Origin: Minisyncoccota bacterium
GTDB taxonomy: Bacteria > Patescibacteriota > Minisyncoccia > Phycocordibacterales > UBA9973
Assembly: GCA_041665925.1 (NCBI GenBank)
Contig: JBAYHW010000004.1
Location: 10,703 to 74,702 of the forward strand
Direction: 5' to 3'
DNA: 64,000 nucleotides
The notes below the pieces were generated by a model. The model searched no databases. It was not told where the DNA came from and worked only from the letters and a program-made list of their open reading frames with translations. How positions within the stretch are numbered: the first letter of the stretch is position 1; each line of letters opens with the position of its first letter. The position numbers and the translations under genes are program-made. Positions 35,688 to 45,277 of this stretch are shown in pieces.

Positions 35688-36804
35688 AATGGATAAAATA
35701 ATAAGCCTAAGAAATAATGTCACCCGCTTCACCTACCGATGGATTATAAAACCTATCTTTTTCCAAATAGACCCCGAAGTTATACATGATATTATGGTGG
35801 TTTTCTTGAATTTCTTAGGAAAATTCTCAATACTCAGAAAAATTGCTTATTTCTGTTGGGGATATTCAAATCAACAGTTGGAGCAGAAAATATTAGGCAT
35901 AAAATTCAAGAACCCCGTCGGACTAGCTGCTGGTTTTGACAAAAATGCAAAGATAATAAATATTATGCCTTCACTTGGTTTTGGCTTCACTGAGGTAGGC
36001 TCAATAACTGGAGAAAAATGTGAAGGTAATCCTAAACCCAGACTCTGGAGATTGAAAAAATCAAAATCGTTAGCTGTGTATTATGGTTTAAAAAATGATG
36101 GTTGTGAAATCATCTCAAAGAGAATAAAGGAAAATAACCCCCAGATCCCCATGGGTATAAATATTGCGAAAACTAATTCAAAAAATACTGTTGATGTAGA
36201 GAAAGCAATCCTGGATTATTTTAAAGCTTATCAGGCTTTTATAAATATTGGCGACTATGTAACAATCAATATTAGTTGCCCAAATGCTTTTGGTGGCCAG
36301 CCTTTTACAGATACAGCTAAACTAGATGCATTGTTGATGAAAATTTTTTCTACCCCTAAAACAAAACCGATTTTTTTGAAGATCTCCCCAGATTTGAGCG
36401 TGAAAGAAATAGACGATATCGTAAATGTAGTTTCAAAATATGAAATAGATGGCTTTGTGTGCACCAACCTGACAAAGAACCGTGACAACAAAAATATTAT
36501 TGATAAATATATCCCTGAAAAAGGAGGACTGTCCGGGAAAGTGGTAGATAGTATGTCGGATGATTTAATAAGATACATTTATAAAAAAACAAACGGCAAA
36601 TACATAATCATCGGCGTTGGTGGAATATTTACCGCTGAAGATGCTTATAGGAAAATAAAAGCAGGGGCCTCATTACTACAGCTAATAACTGGAATGATAT
36701 ACGAAGGTCCCCAAGCTGTAAGTGCTATTAACCTCGGTCTAGTAAAACTATTAAAAAAAGACGGTTATCAAAATATCTCTGAAGCTATAGGAAAAGAAAA
36801 TTAA
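35688..36804 (+). CDS. pyrD: dihydroorotate dehydrogenase (quinone), class 2 (ORF-track start 35488 overlaps eno and is rejected)
   Basis: LGIKFKNPVGLAAGFDKNA motif; N-terminal membrane-association helix. Confidence 0.9.
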
Positions 36805-36844
36805 AATAAAAAAACAGGTGAGCGTAGAAACTACAGCTCACCTG
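36805..36844 (-). terminator. rho-independent terminator (caggtgagc/gctcacctg, loop gtagaaactaca) followed by second hairpin 36847..36875
   Basis: 9-bp stem preceded by A-run on + strand (= T-run on minus). Confidence 0.7.
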
Positions 36845-36888
36845 TGTGGATGGCGACGCGCCACCCACACAGGTGTTGCGCTCGTCGA

Positions 36889-37068
36889 CTAGGCGTCGTT
36901 GGTCGGGCTCTCCGCGACGCTGCCCGAATCCGGCTTGGTCTCAGTCTCGACAGTGGGCTCCTTCCCACAGTCGAGACAAGTGAGATTCCCGCCATGCGAC
37001 CGCATCCTTACAACGAAACCGTCACATCCGGGTTCGTTGCAGTGCAACCGATTGTCAGTTCCCAACAT
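36889..37068 (-). CDS. SD-led small zinc-ribbon-like protein (59 aa; C-x4-C ... C-x2-C) in GC-rich island 5
   Basis: SD GGGAGG 7 nt upstream of ATG (rc 37066-37068); 4 Cys in ribbon spacing. Confidence 0.5.
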   Translation of the reverse strand: MLGTDNRLHCNEPGCDGFVVRMRSHGGNLTCLDCGKEPTVETETKPDSGSVAESPTNDA

Positions 37069-37142
37069 AAATGGACCTCCCTCTTGTATGCACCGCATTC
37101 GTCATGAATGGATGCGGACTAATCATCCAACACATTACAATA

Positions 37143-38420
37143 TTAAGGCTTTTTCGTCAACAACACCATCAAGTCGGAGACGTTGGCGCCAGTGGGGCCG
37201 GTGATTATCAAATCCCCCGTTTTTGCGAAAAAATTATACGAGTCAAAGTTGTTTAAATATTCTTCAGAGTTTAAATTTAACTTTTGAGCTTTTTCTATCG
37301 TATTTTTATCTACCACAGCCCCCGCCACGTCGCTATTGTCTTGCCCATCAGACGCGAAAGATATAAAAACAGAATTTTCATCAATTATTTTATTATTTAA
37401 AACTTGCAGACTAAGGTGCGTATTTCTACCACCCTTGCCACTTTTATCTTTGACTTCAATTTTCGGCTCGCCAGCAGCTAGGACGAGGGTATTTTCTCCT
37501 TTAGCATTAAAAATTTTTTGAATGGCATCATCACCTTTATCATAAAGTTCGGTAGAAACAATTTTCGTCGCCAAACCCAGCTCCTTCCCTTTTTCGGCCA
37601 TAGCTTGTGCTGCGGTGGTATTTGAAACCAACACAAAATTGTGAACTTTTTCAAAATATTTATCTTCTTTTGGAGTTTCTATTAATTTAAATTCACCAAG
37701 ATTATTTTTAGCAATAATCTTCTCCGCGTCGGCAATAGTCGTCACGTCTTTATAAGTTGGCCCAGAAGCCACGTCCGCAAAATTATCCCCCGGAACATCA
37801 GAAAAAATAAGACCTATGACTGTGGCCGGATATGCTATCTTTGCGAGTCCTCCTCCTTTTAAAAGGGATAGGTGTTTCCTGACTGTATTCATCTCGGTAA
37901 TAGTCTTACCTGAGTTCAGAAATGCATCGTAAAGCTTCACTCCCTGCACACACTCTTCGTCTCCATAACACAAAAGCGCCGAACCACCCCCAGAGACGAG
38001 TGCAATAATTAAGTCGTCTTCGGTTGAATTTTTAGCTATTTCGTATATCTTTTTCCCAGCTTCAACGTTGGCCTCGCTTGGTCTCGGATGAGTCCCAGCA
38101 AAGATTTCGATATTGTCACAAATAACTTTAGAAAGTCCGATGACTACGCCTTCTTTTATTTTATCTCCTAAAATCTTCTCAAGCGCTATAGCTCCTTCAC
38201 AAGAAGATTTACCAAAACCAACAATTTTTATATTTTTATATTTTGACAGAACAAAACTTTCTCCCATAATAGAAAGAACATCATCTTGCAATCTAACAGA
38301 ATTTAAAATAACATTTTCGGTATTTATAGATTTTAGCCCCGCCTCCATTATAGCCAGGGCATCTCTGCGATTCTCGGTCGTTGCGAGATCTTCAAAATTT
38401 TTTATTTGCTTATCTCTCAT
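37143..38420 (-). CDS. glycerate kinase (MOFRL family)
   Basis: MOFRL-family conserved blocks across 425 aa. Confidence 0.75.
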   Translation of the reverse strand: MRDKQIKNFEDLATTENRRDALAIMEAGLKSINTENVILNSVRLQDDVLSIMGESFVLSKYKNIKIVGFGKSSCEGAIALEKILGDKIKEGVVIGLSKVICDNIEIFAGTHPRPSEANVEAGKKIYEIAKNSTEDDLIIALVSGGGSALLCYGDEECVQGVKLYDAFLNSGKTITEMNTVRKHLSLLKGGGLAKIAYPATVIGLIFSDVPGDNFADVASGPTYKDVTTIADAEKIIAKNNLGEFKLIETPKEDKYFEKVHNFVLVSNTTAAQAMAEKGKELGLATKIVSTELYDKGDDAIQKIFNAKGENTLVLAAGEPKIEVKDKSGKGGRNTHLSLQVLNNKIIDENSVFISFASDGQDNSDVAGAVVDKNTIEKAQKLNLNSEEYLNNFDSYNFFAKTGDLIITGPTGANVSDLMVLLTKKP

Positions 38421-38422
38421 AT

Positions 38423-39394
38423 TTATTGAACTAAATTAATAGGAGTGCCGGAAATAAAACTTTTTATATTCTCTATTGTCGTCTCGGCAATCCTAAACTC
38501 TGCTTCTTTGGTATTAAAAGCAGTATGGGGAGTCATAATGACATTCGGCATTTCTAAAAGTGGTATAACGCCTCCTTTTATAAAGCTCTTCTCTTCTTCT
38601 AAGACATCTAGCCCCGCGCCAGCGATGATTCCCTCTTCTAAGGCAAAGGTAAGCGCCCCGGTATCTACCAGCTCACCCCTCGCAGTATTTATCAGATAAG
38701 CACCTTTTTTAAATTGAGAAATATTTTCCTTGTTTATTAAATGATGATTTTCTTTAGTATATGGAGCATGGAGTGTGACTATGTCTGATTGCGATAAAAC
38801 TTCAGGCAATGTTTTATAAGAAAAATTATTTTTTGTAGCAAAGTCTAAATCTGGATGTAAGTCATAGGCTAAGACATTCATGTTGAAACCACGGGCGATT
38901 TGAATTACATTTTTACCAATTTTCCCAGTCCCGACGACTCCTATGGTTTTACTATCCAAATCAAATCCTTGCACAGTTTTAGGTATAGAAAAATCTCCAT
39001 TTTCTTTGATCGCCTGGCCAGCCTCTCGCATCTTTCGTGAAAGAGTCAAAAGTAGAGCAAAGGTAAATTCAGCAACCGTATGAGACCCATAAGCAGGAAC
39101 ATTTGAAACGAAAATATTTTTTGATTTAGCATATTCACAGTCAATGTGATTAAACCCTGTAGTGCGAGTAGCTATAAATTTCAAATTGGGCATGACATCA
39201 ATTGTGTTTTTATTTACCAAAGAAGTTACAAAAACACATAGAATATCGGCATCCTTAGCTAAACTTACTGTCTTTTCATCTAATCTTTCCTCAAAAAACG
39301 AAACTTCTACCCCAGGTAAAACGTTTTCAAAAAATGCTTGTTTGTCTTTTTCTACTTCAAAAAATGCGATTTTCATCCCTTTATTATATATCAC
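38423..39394 (-). CDS. D-isomer-specific 2-hydroxyacid dehydrogenase (hydroxypyruvate/glycerate/lactate DH-like)
   Basis: NAD-binding GVVGTGKIG motif, catalytic R/E/H triad pattern. Confidence 0.85.
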   Translation of the reverse strand: MIYNKGMKIAFFEVEKDKQAFFENVLPGVEVSFFEERLDEKTVSLAKDADILCVFVTSLVNKNTIDVMPNLKFIATRTTGFNHIDCEYAKSKNIFVSNVPAYGSHTVAEFTFALLLTLSRKMREAGQAIKENGDFSIPKTVQGFDLDSKTIGVVGTGKIGKNVIQIARGFNMNVLAYDLHPDLDFATKNNFSYKTLPEVLSQSDIVTLHAPYTKENHHLINKENISQFKKGAYLINTARGELVDTGALTFALEEGIIAGAGLDVLEEEKSFIKGGVIPLLEMPNVIMTPHTAFNTKEAEFRIAETTIENIKSFISGTPINLVQ

Positions 39395-39399
39395 CCTTC

Positions 39400-39774
39400 T
39401 TACTTAAACAAATTTCTAAAAAATGAGAAAAACCCGCCCGAATCTTCTTCTGGTATGACTGCTGGATTTTTATCTTCTACTACCACAATCAAATCTTCTC
39501 CCTCTTTGGCTAAACCGAGATTTTCTCTAAAAAATTTCTCTTTCCCCTCGTCAGTCTGCAGGCTATTGATATCAGATGAAAGCTTTTGTTTTTGTTGCTC
39601 CAGCTGGAAAACTTTGTCTTCGGCGATTTTCTTATTTTTCCCCGTCTCATACATTTTAGTCCAAAAACCTATGACACTCCAAGCAAAAAATAAAATAAAA
39701 ATACCGAAAAGTATCAAAACTGGTTTAGATTCCAGGATATGCCGCCAACCACCTTGTTTTTGAAAATTTCTCAT
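39400..39774 (-). CDS. septum formation initiator FtsB/DivIC-like
   Basis: TM helix followed by coiled coil, 124 aa. Confidence 0.5.
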   Translation of the reverse strand: MRNFQKQGGWRHILESKPVLILFGIFILFFAWSVIGFWTKMYETGKNKKIAEDKVFQLEQQKQKLSSDINSLQTDEGKEKFFRENLGLAKEGEDLIVVVEDKNPAVIPEEDSGGFFSFFRNLFK

Positions 39775-39902
39775 AATGTGCTATTGTAAGTATATGATAT
39801 TCAATAAGAAACATCAAAAAAGAATTCAGGTAGCTTGGGCTGTAGTCAGCATCCTTATCATCGTCAGTATGATATTGCTTTACACTCCATTCTTTAGATA
39901 AA

Positions 39903-41705
39903 TTATTTATCGCTAGTACGCATCATTTTAAGAAAGACATCTTGTGGAATATTAACTCTTCCGCGTTCTTTCATTTTCTTTTTTCCTTTCTTTTGCTTCT
40001 CGCGAAGTTTCATTTTACGAGTGATATCTCCTCCATACATATGCTGGGTGACGTCTTTTTTCATACCAGAAAGAGTCCGAGAAGAAATGATTCTCCCGAG
40101 GGCTTTACCTTGAACTTTTAAAGTAAACATTTGCCTAGGAAGTAAATCCGCCAATCTCTCCACGGCAAGTTGGGCTTCTTCTTCAGCTCGCTTTTTAGAC
40201 ACAACTCTAGAAAAAGCTGGCACAACTTCGTCCGCCACCAGGAGATCGAGTCTAGTCACGTTGGCCTCCCGCATTTCCCCTATCTCATATGAAATAGAAC
40301 CATACCCCGAGGAAGTACTTTTTAACTCGTCAAAGAAATTGCGCATCAATTCTCGAAGTGGCATAAGAACAGATATAGAAGAACGATTTTCACCGAAGTT
40401 GTCCGTCTCACCTATTTCCCCTTCGTGGTCAAACAACAATTGCATAATACTACCCACATATTCTATTGGCGTAATTATTTTCAATTTTACCCATGGTTCA
40501 AAGACCGTTTCAATGTTCCCATCATCAGGGAAAAAATATGGGGAATAAACTTTTTCTCGTTTACCATTATTCATTAAAACTTCATAGGTAATAGATGGTG
40601 TGGTAATAACTAATTTTAAATTAAATTCACGTTTTAGCCTCTCGGTAATAATCTCCAAATGCAACATCCCAAGAAATCCACAACGAAATCCCTTACCTAG
40701 AGATCCCGAAGCTTCTTCTTCATAAGAAAAAGCAGAGTCGGAAAGTTTTAATTTACCTAGAGACAATTTTAATTCCGCAAAATCGTCCGCATCTTCAGGA
40801 AAAACTGAAGCCCAAACCACGGGCATTGGTTGCATGTATCCAGGGAAAGCAGGTAATGGATTTTTAAACATGGTAATCGTGTCTCCGACAGAAGCGATAC
40901 CGGGCTTTTTAATACCGGTAACAATGTACCCCGTATCTCCGGAGGAAAGATTTTCACGGGGAGTCTCTTCGGGAGAAAAAGTCCCGACTTCAAGGGCTGT
41001 AAATTTTTCTCCTGAAACTGCAAACAGTAAGGTATCTCCTTTAGTAACTTTGCCATCTAGCAGTCGCACGAAAACTATTACCCCGCGATGATTGGAATAT
41101 TTAAAATCAAAAACTAAAGCCCGCAAAATATTGTCACCGTGGCTCGTTTCTTTTGGTTCTGGGATGCGTTTTATCACCTCTTTTAAAAGATTAGGTACAC
41201 CTTCACCCGTACGCCCAGACACAAGTAAAATTTCGTCTGGAGAGCAATTTAATAGCTTAATCACCTCTTCTTTAATATCTTCTACTCTAGACAAAGGAGA
41301 GTCTATTTTAGAGAGCACGGGGATGATTTTAAGGCCTCCCTCGCGCGCCAGGGCAAGCGTAGTAAGGGTTTGAGCCTGTACTCCCTGTGTTGAGTCTATA
41401 AGCAAAATAGAGCCTTCTACAGCCTTTAAAGCGCGAGAAACCTCGTAGGAAAAGTCTATGTGCCCTGGAGTATCTATCAGGTTTAAAATGTATTTTTCCC
41501 CTTCAAAATTATACTCCATGCGCACTGGTTGCATTTTAATGGTGATACCTCTTTCTCGTTCCAGGTCCATAGAGTCGAGTACTTGATCCCGCATTTTACG
41601 AGTCTCGATGGTGTGTGTAATTTCGAGCATTCTATCAGCCAAGGTACTCTTCCCGTGGTCAATGTGCGCAATTATAGAAAAATTTCGTATGTGTTTTAGA
41701 TCCAT
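39903..41705 (-). CDS. lepA: elongation factor 4 (LepA); start moved to MDLKHIRNF
   Basis: GTPase G1 AHIDHGKSTL and LepA C-terminal domain. Confidence 0.9.
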   Translation of the reverse strand: MDLKHIRNFSIIAHIDHGKSTLADRMLEITHTIETRKMRDQVLDSMDLERERGITIKMQPVRMEYNFEGEKYILNLIDTPGHIDFSYEVSRALKAVEGSILLIDSTQGVQAQTLTTLALAREGGLKIIPVLSKIDSPLSRVEDIKEEVIKLLNCSPDEILLVSGRTGEGVPNLLKEVIKRIPEPKETSHGDNILRALVFDFKYSNHRGVIVFVRLLDGKVTKGDTLLFAVSGEKFTALEVGTFSPEETPRENLSSGDTGYIVTGIKKPGIASVGDTITMFKNPLPAFPGYMQPMPVVWASVFPEDADDFAELKLSLGKLKLSDSAFSYEEEASGSLGKGFRCGFLGMLHLEIITERLKREFNLKLVITTPSITYEVLMNNGKREKVYSPYFFPDDGNIETVFEPWVKLKIITPIEYVGSIMQLLFDHEGEIGETDNFGENRSSISVLMPLRELMRNFFDELKSTSSGYGSISYEIGEMREANVTRLDLLVADEVVPAFSRVVSKKRAEEEAQLAVERLADLLPRQMFTLKVQGKALGRIISSRTLSGMKKDVTQHMYGGDITRKMKLREKQKKGKKKMKERGRVNIPQDVFLKMMRTSDK

Positions 41706-41709
41706 AAAT

Positions 41710-43470
41710 TTAATCCAAAAATCCGCCAGTTTGATGATTCCAGAGTTCAGCATAAAAACCATTCTTTGCTAAGAGTTCTTTGTGCGTTCCCTCTTCTACT
41801 ATTTTACCTTGGTCAAGTACTATAATCCTATCCATTTTTTGAATAGTAGAAAGTCTGTGAGCAATAACTATTGTAGTTTTACCTTTCATTAATTCATTAA
41901 AGGCATCTTGAATATAAGTTTCACTGATACTATCGAGAGAGCTTGTAGCTTCGTCGAGCATAAGTATCGGAGAATCTTTAAGCATGGCCCGAGCAATAGC
42001 TACTCTTTGCCTTTCTCCTCCAGAAAGCTTGACCCCTCGCTCTCCAACTAAAGTATCATAACCCTTTGGTAATTTTTTAATAAAATCATCCGCGTGTGCT
42101 TTTTTAGAAGCTTCAATTATTTCCGCATCACTTGCATAATTTTTTGAATATCCAATGTTCTCTTTTACCGATCGGTGAAATAATATAGAATCTTGCGGAA
42201 CGTAAGATATAACGTTTCGTAAATCATCTTGTTTTATGTTTACGATATTTTGTCCATCTATTAGTATCTCTCCCTTTGAAGTATTAATAAATCTTAATAC
42301 TAATTTTGTAATTGTAGATTTTCCGGAACCAGAATGGCCAACTAATCCTATTTTTTCTCCCGGCTCAATGGTTAAATTAAAATCTTTAAAAATAACGTTT
42401 TCTTCGATATACCCAAAGGAAACATTTTTAAATTCTATTTTTCCATTTTTTATTCTACATATTTCTGGGTTTTCGATATCCTTTACTTCCACTTCAGTTT
42501 CAAAAATATCTACCATTTCTTTCATGTCAGCAGTGGACTTCATGAACAGAGCCATGTCTTCAGATAGATCCCAGACACGTTCAAAAATAGAAAATACATA
42601 AACATAAGTAAGAACAAAAACTCCTATGGTTATCACCCCCATTCCCCAAAGTTGGATCATGGTGTATAAAATAAAAATTTGAAATCCAACCATCAGCACT
42701 GCCTGGGTTATGGAACGAAGCATGTCAAACTTAGAGGTGTTATAAATGCGATCCCTAAGAAGCTTACTAAATTTTTTAAAATAGTTGAATTCTTTATCGA
42801 AAGCAGAAAATATTTTAATGTTTAAAACATTGGTAATTGAATCAGCTAAGACGCCGGTAATCTTTGAATCAGCTTCTGCTTCTAATAAATCCAACCTCAT
42901 CTTTTTCTTGACAAAAAATAGGGTGATAAAGATGTACAAGGCTGACCAGGCAATCAAATACCCTGCAATAATTTTTGATTCAGAGTAAAGCACGAAAATA
43001 GAACTAGAAATTAATATCAAAATAAACCAGAAACTTCCAATTATAATTTTATTCATTGCTTCGAATGCACGGACAAACCTCTTTATTTTTGCAACCAAAC
43101 TCCCAGAAAAACGATCGGAATAAAATTTATACGAATGGTTCGCAAGTTTTAAGAAAGAAAAATCATAAATATCTTTTGTAACGTTACTAATTGTTTTAAA
43201 ATTTAAAAAGTCTCTGTATCTGTTGACTGTTGCAGATGAAACAAACCCTACTGCCATTGGAATTAAAAACAAAAAAGCTATATATGACCGCTCGGCAATA
43301 GAAATCTGACTCATGCTCAGAACATCAATAATGCTCTTGTATAAGAACGGAATAAGTATTATCGAGAATAATATCCTAAAAGCTACCATCAAAAACATCA
43401 AAAAAATTGGGATTTTGTATGGCCTTATAAGTATTAAGTAGTATTTTAATATACTTCGAGCTGAAAACAT
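41710..43470 (-). CDS. ABC exporter, fused permease-ATPase (MsbA-like)
   Basis: 6-TM domain + Walker A GHSGSGKST, LSGGERQRVAIARA, Walker B ILMLDEATS. Confidence 0.85.
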   Translation of the reverse strand: MFSARSILKYYLILIRPYKIPIFLMFLMVAFRILFSIILIPFLYKSIIDVLSMSQISIAERSYIAFLFLIPMAVGFVSSATVNRYRDFLNFKTISNVTKDIYDFSFLKLANHSYKFYSDRFSGSLVAKIKRFVRAFEAMNKIIIGSFWFILILISSSIFVLYSESKIIAGYLIAWSALYIFITLFFVKKKMRLDLLEAEADSKITGVLADSITNVLNIKIFSAFDKEFNYFKKFSKLLRDRIYNTSKFDMLRSITQAVLMVGFQIFILYTMIQLWGMGVITIGVFVLTYVYVFSIFERVWDLSEDMALFMKSTADMKEMVDIFETEVEVKDIENPEICRIKNGKIEFKNVSFGYIEENVIFKDFNLTIEPGEKIGLVGHSGSGKSTITKLVLRFINTSKGEILIDGQNIVNIKQDDLRNVISYVPQDSILFHRSVKENIGYSKNYASDAEIIEASKKAHADDFIKKLPKGYDTLVGERGVKLSGGERQRVAIARAMLKDSPILMLDEATSSLDSISETYIQDAFNELMKGKTTIVIAHRLSTIQKMDRIIVLDQGKIVEEGTHKELLAKNGFYAELWNHQTGGFLD

Positions 43471-43519
43471 GCAAGTATTCTAGCAGAAAAAACCCTTATT
43501 TCAAAACTCTAAAAAGATT

Positions 43520-45199
43520 TTAAAGCTCTTCTTGAGAAGGTGCGATGACTTTGGCTTTCCAGAATTTAGTCTTGAGAGTAACTATCAATTCACTTAATTC
43601 TTCACTCTTGAGTAAATACAACACCACTATAGCCGCCATAATTCCTAAGATTCCAGAAATAAATCCTTGCAATAACACACCCCAGAAAGTAGTCGTCCCG
43701 AAAACTGGCGAAAGAGCATTCAAGCTTAAATAGCTCACCAACCCCAAGAAAAATGAAGCCCCTAAGCTCTGGAAAAATGTTTTCGTAATAAAAGATTCGT
43801 TCGGCATAAAGTCTTTCTTTACAAACACCCAATGTAAAATAAAGTTAAAAATGGTTCCAATAGAATATGCAAGTGGAAGCATAAGTATCTCCGTCCCTGT
43901 AATATCAGTAACCTTCAAAAGTGACTCTATAAAATATCTAAAGAAAAGCCAATTTTCAAAAAGACGAATAAATACGAAAGATAAAACTATAATCAAAAGA
44001 GAAGATAAGAAGTTCACAATGAGCGGACGCTTGGTGTCACCTATCGCATAATACGAACGAGAAAGAAGAGTAATCATCCCCTGAGCAAGAATCGAAACGG
44101 AAAAAATAGCCAGACACGCAGCGACCAGACGGGTATTGTCCCAGGAAAAACTTCCGGAGCCTAAAATCACACGGACTATCTGTGCTCGAACAACAATGAA
44201 AAGAAAAATTACTGGTAAAGACCAGAAGACGATAGCTCGTGCGGCACTCTTCAAGTGCTGTTTAAATTCATCTTTTTTACCACTGCTGAAAGATTTTGCT
44301 AAAACTGGGAACGCAGCCACGGCATAAGAAATTCCTATAATATTTAATGGGACAGATTGAAGATTGAAAGCAAAATTAAATACTGAGATAGAGCCCTTTT
44401 GTAAATACGAAGCTAAGGCAATTATAGAAATCAGAGCTATGTTGTTAAAAGCCAGGCCCAACGTCCGTGGAAGTGAAGTTAAAGCTATGTTTTTTATATC
44501 CTTAAAATTTATTGAGAACGAAAATCTAGGGGTAAAACCACAACTACTGGAGGCGAAAACTTGTATTCCAAAATGCATCAAAGCTCCAAATACCACCCCT
44601 ATACTCAAACCGTAAATTCCAAAGATTGGATAAAAGACAATGACTCCAGCGATAATACCCAAATTATAAAAAATTGGGCTTAAAGAATAAATAAAAAATT
44701 TACGAAAAAGCTGAGTGACAGTCCCGAAAAGATTTGATAAACCCATTAGAATCGGTGAAAGCAACATTATTCTAGATAATAAAATAACTTGCATCTGGCT
44801 CTCCCCCACAAACCCCGGAGCAATAAAAAACACCAAATGTGGCATAATCAAAAAGGCTATTAAAGAAACAGACACCATCAGAGAAAAGAAAACAGTGAAG
44901 ATGTCGTTCAAATATTTTTTTGCTTCTTCTGTGACTTTATCTCCTTCCATTCTCGCCACCAGAAAAGGAATAATCACCGTGATAGAAGCAAGAGAAGCAA
45001 TACAAATAAAAATCAAATCTGGCACCCGAAAAGCCGCATAGTAAGCATCGAGTGAAGAAGAAGGTCCGATAAAGTGAGCGATAGATCTATCTCGAAAAAG
45101 AGCCAGGATTTGTGAGAGTAAAGTCAGACTACCAAGCAGAAGAGCCGCTTGGTTTACGCTCCCTGTTTCTTTAGTAAAAATTCTCAGAATTTTCTCCAT
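43520..45199 (-). CDS. murJ: lipid II flippase MurJ
   Basis: MurJ/MviN N-terminal conserved RDR, 14-TM profile. Confidence 0.85.
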   Translation of the reverse strand: MEKILRIFTKETGSVNQAALLLGSLTLLSQILALFRDRSIAHFIGPSSSLDAYYAAFRVPDLIFICIASLASITVIIPFLVARMEGDKVTEEAKKYLNDIFTVFFSLMVSVSLIAFLIMPHLVFFIAPGFVGESQMQVILLSRIMLLSPILMGLSNLFGTVTQLFRKFFIYSLSPIFYNLGIIAGVIVFYPIFGIYGLSIGVVFGALMHFGIQVFASSSCGFTPRFSFSINFKDIKNIALTSLPRTLGLAFNNIALISIIALASYLQKGSISVFNFAFNLQSVPLNIIGISYAVAAFPVLAKSFSSGKKDEFKQHLKSAARAIVFWSLPVIFLFIVVRAQIVRVILGSGSFSWDNTRLVAACLAIFSVSILAQGMITLLSRSYYAIGDTKRPLIVNFLSSLLIIVLSFVFIRLFENWLFFRYFIESLLKVTDITGTEILMLPLAYSIGTIFNFILHWVFVKKDFMPNESFITKTFFQSLGASFFLGLVSYLSLNALSPVFGTTTFWGVLLQGFISGILGIMAAIVVLYLLKSEELSELIVTLKTKFWKAKVIAPSQEEL

Positions 45200-45268
45200 C
45201 CCGTTAGAAATTTAACAAATTAATTTTTTGTAATGAAATATGGTTCATAGATTTCTAACGGGGTCCAT
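45194..45268 (-). repeat. start-codon-embedded inverted-repeat element, subfamily B (minus orientation; ATG = murJ start 45197..45199)
   Basis: rc: ATGGACCCCGTTAGAAAT ... ATTTCTAACGGGATGGAG. Confidence 0.7.
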
Positions 45269-45277
45269 TATTTATTT

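Noticed and set aside
2301-37140. GC-rich islands as assembly chimeras or contamination
   Set aside because: Each island is short (0.2-1.1 kb), sits between intact AT-rich genes on one contig, and shares bidirectional terminators with host genes. This cannot be fully excluded without reads, so read mapping is listed as the check.
41706-41762. Upstream extension of lepA (MVFMLNSGIIKLADFWIKF)
   Set aside because: The LepA N-terminus aligns from MDLKHIRNFSIIAHIDHGKST. The extension would overlap the upstream ABC exporter gene.
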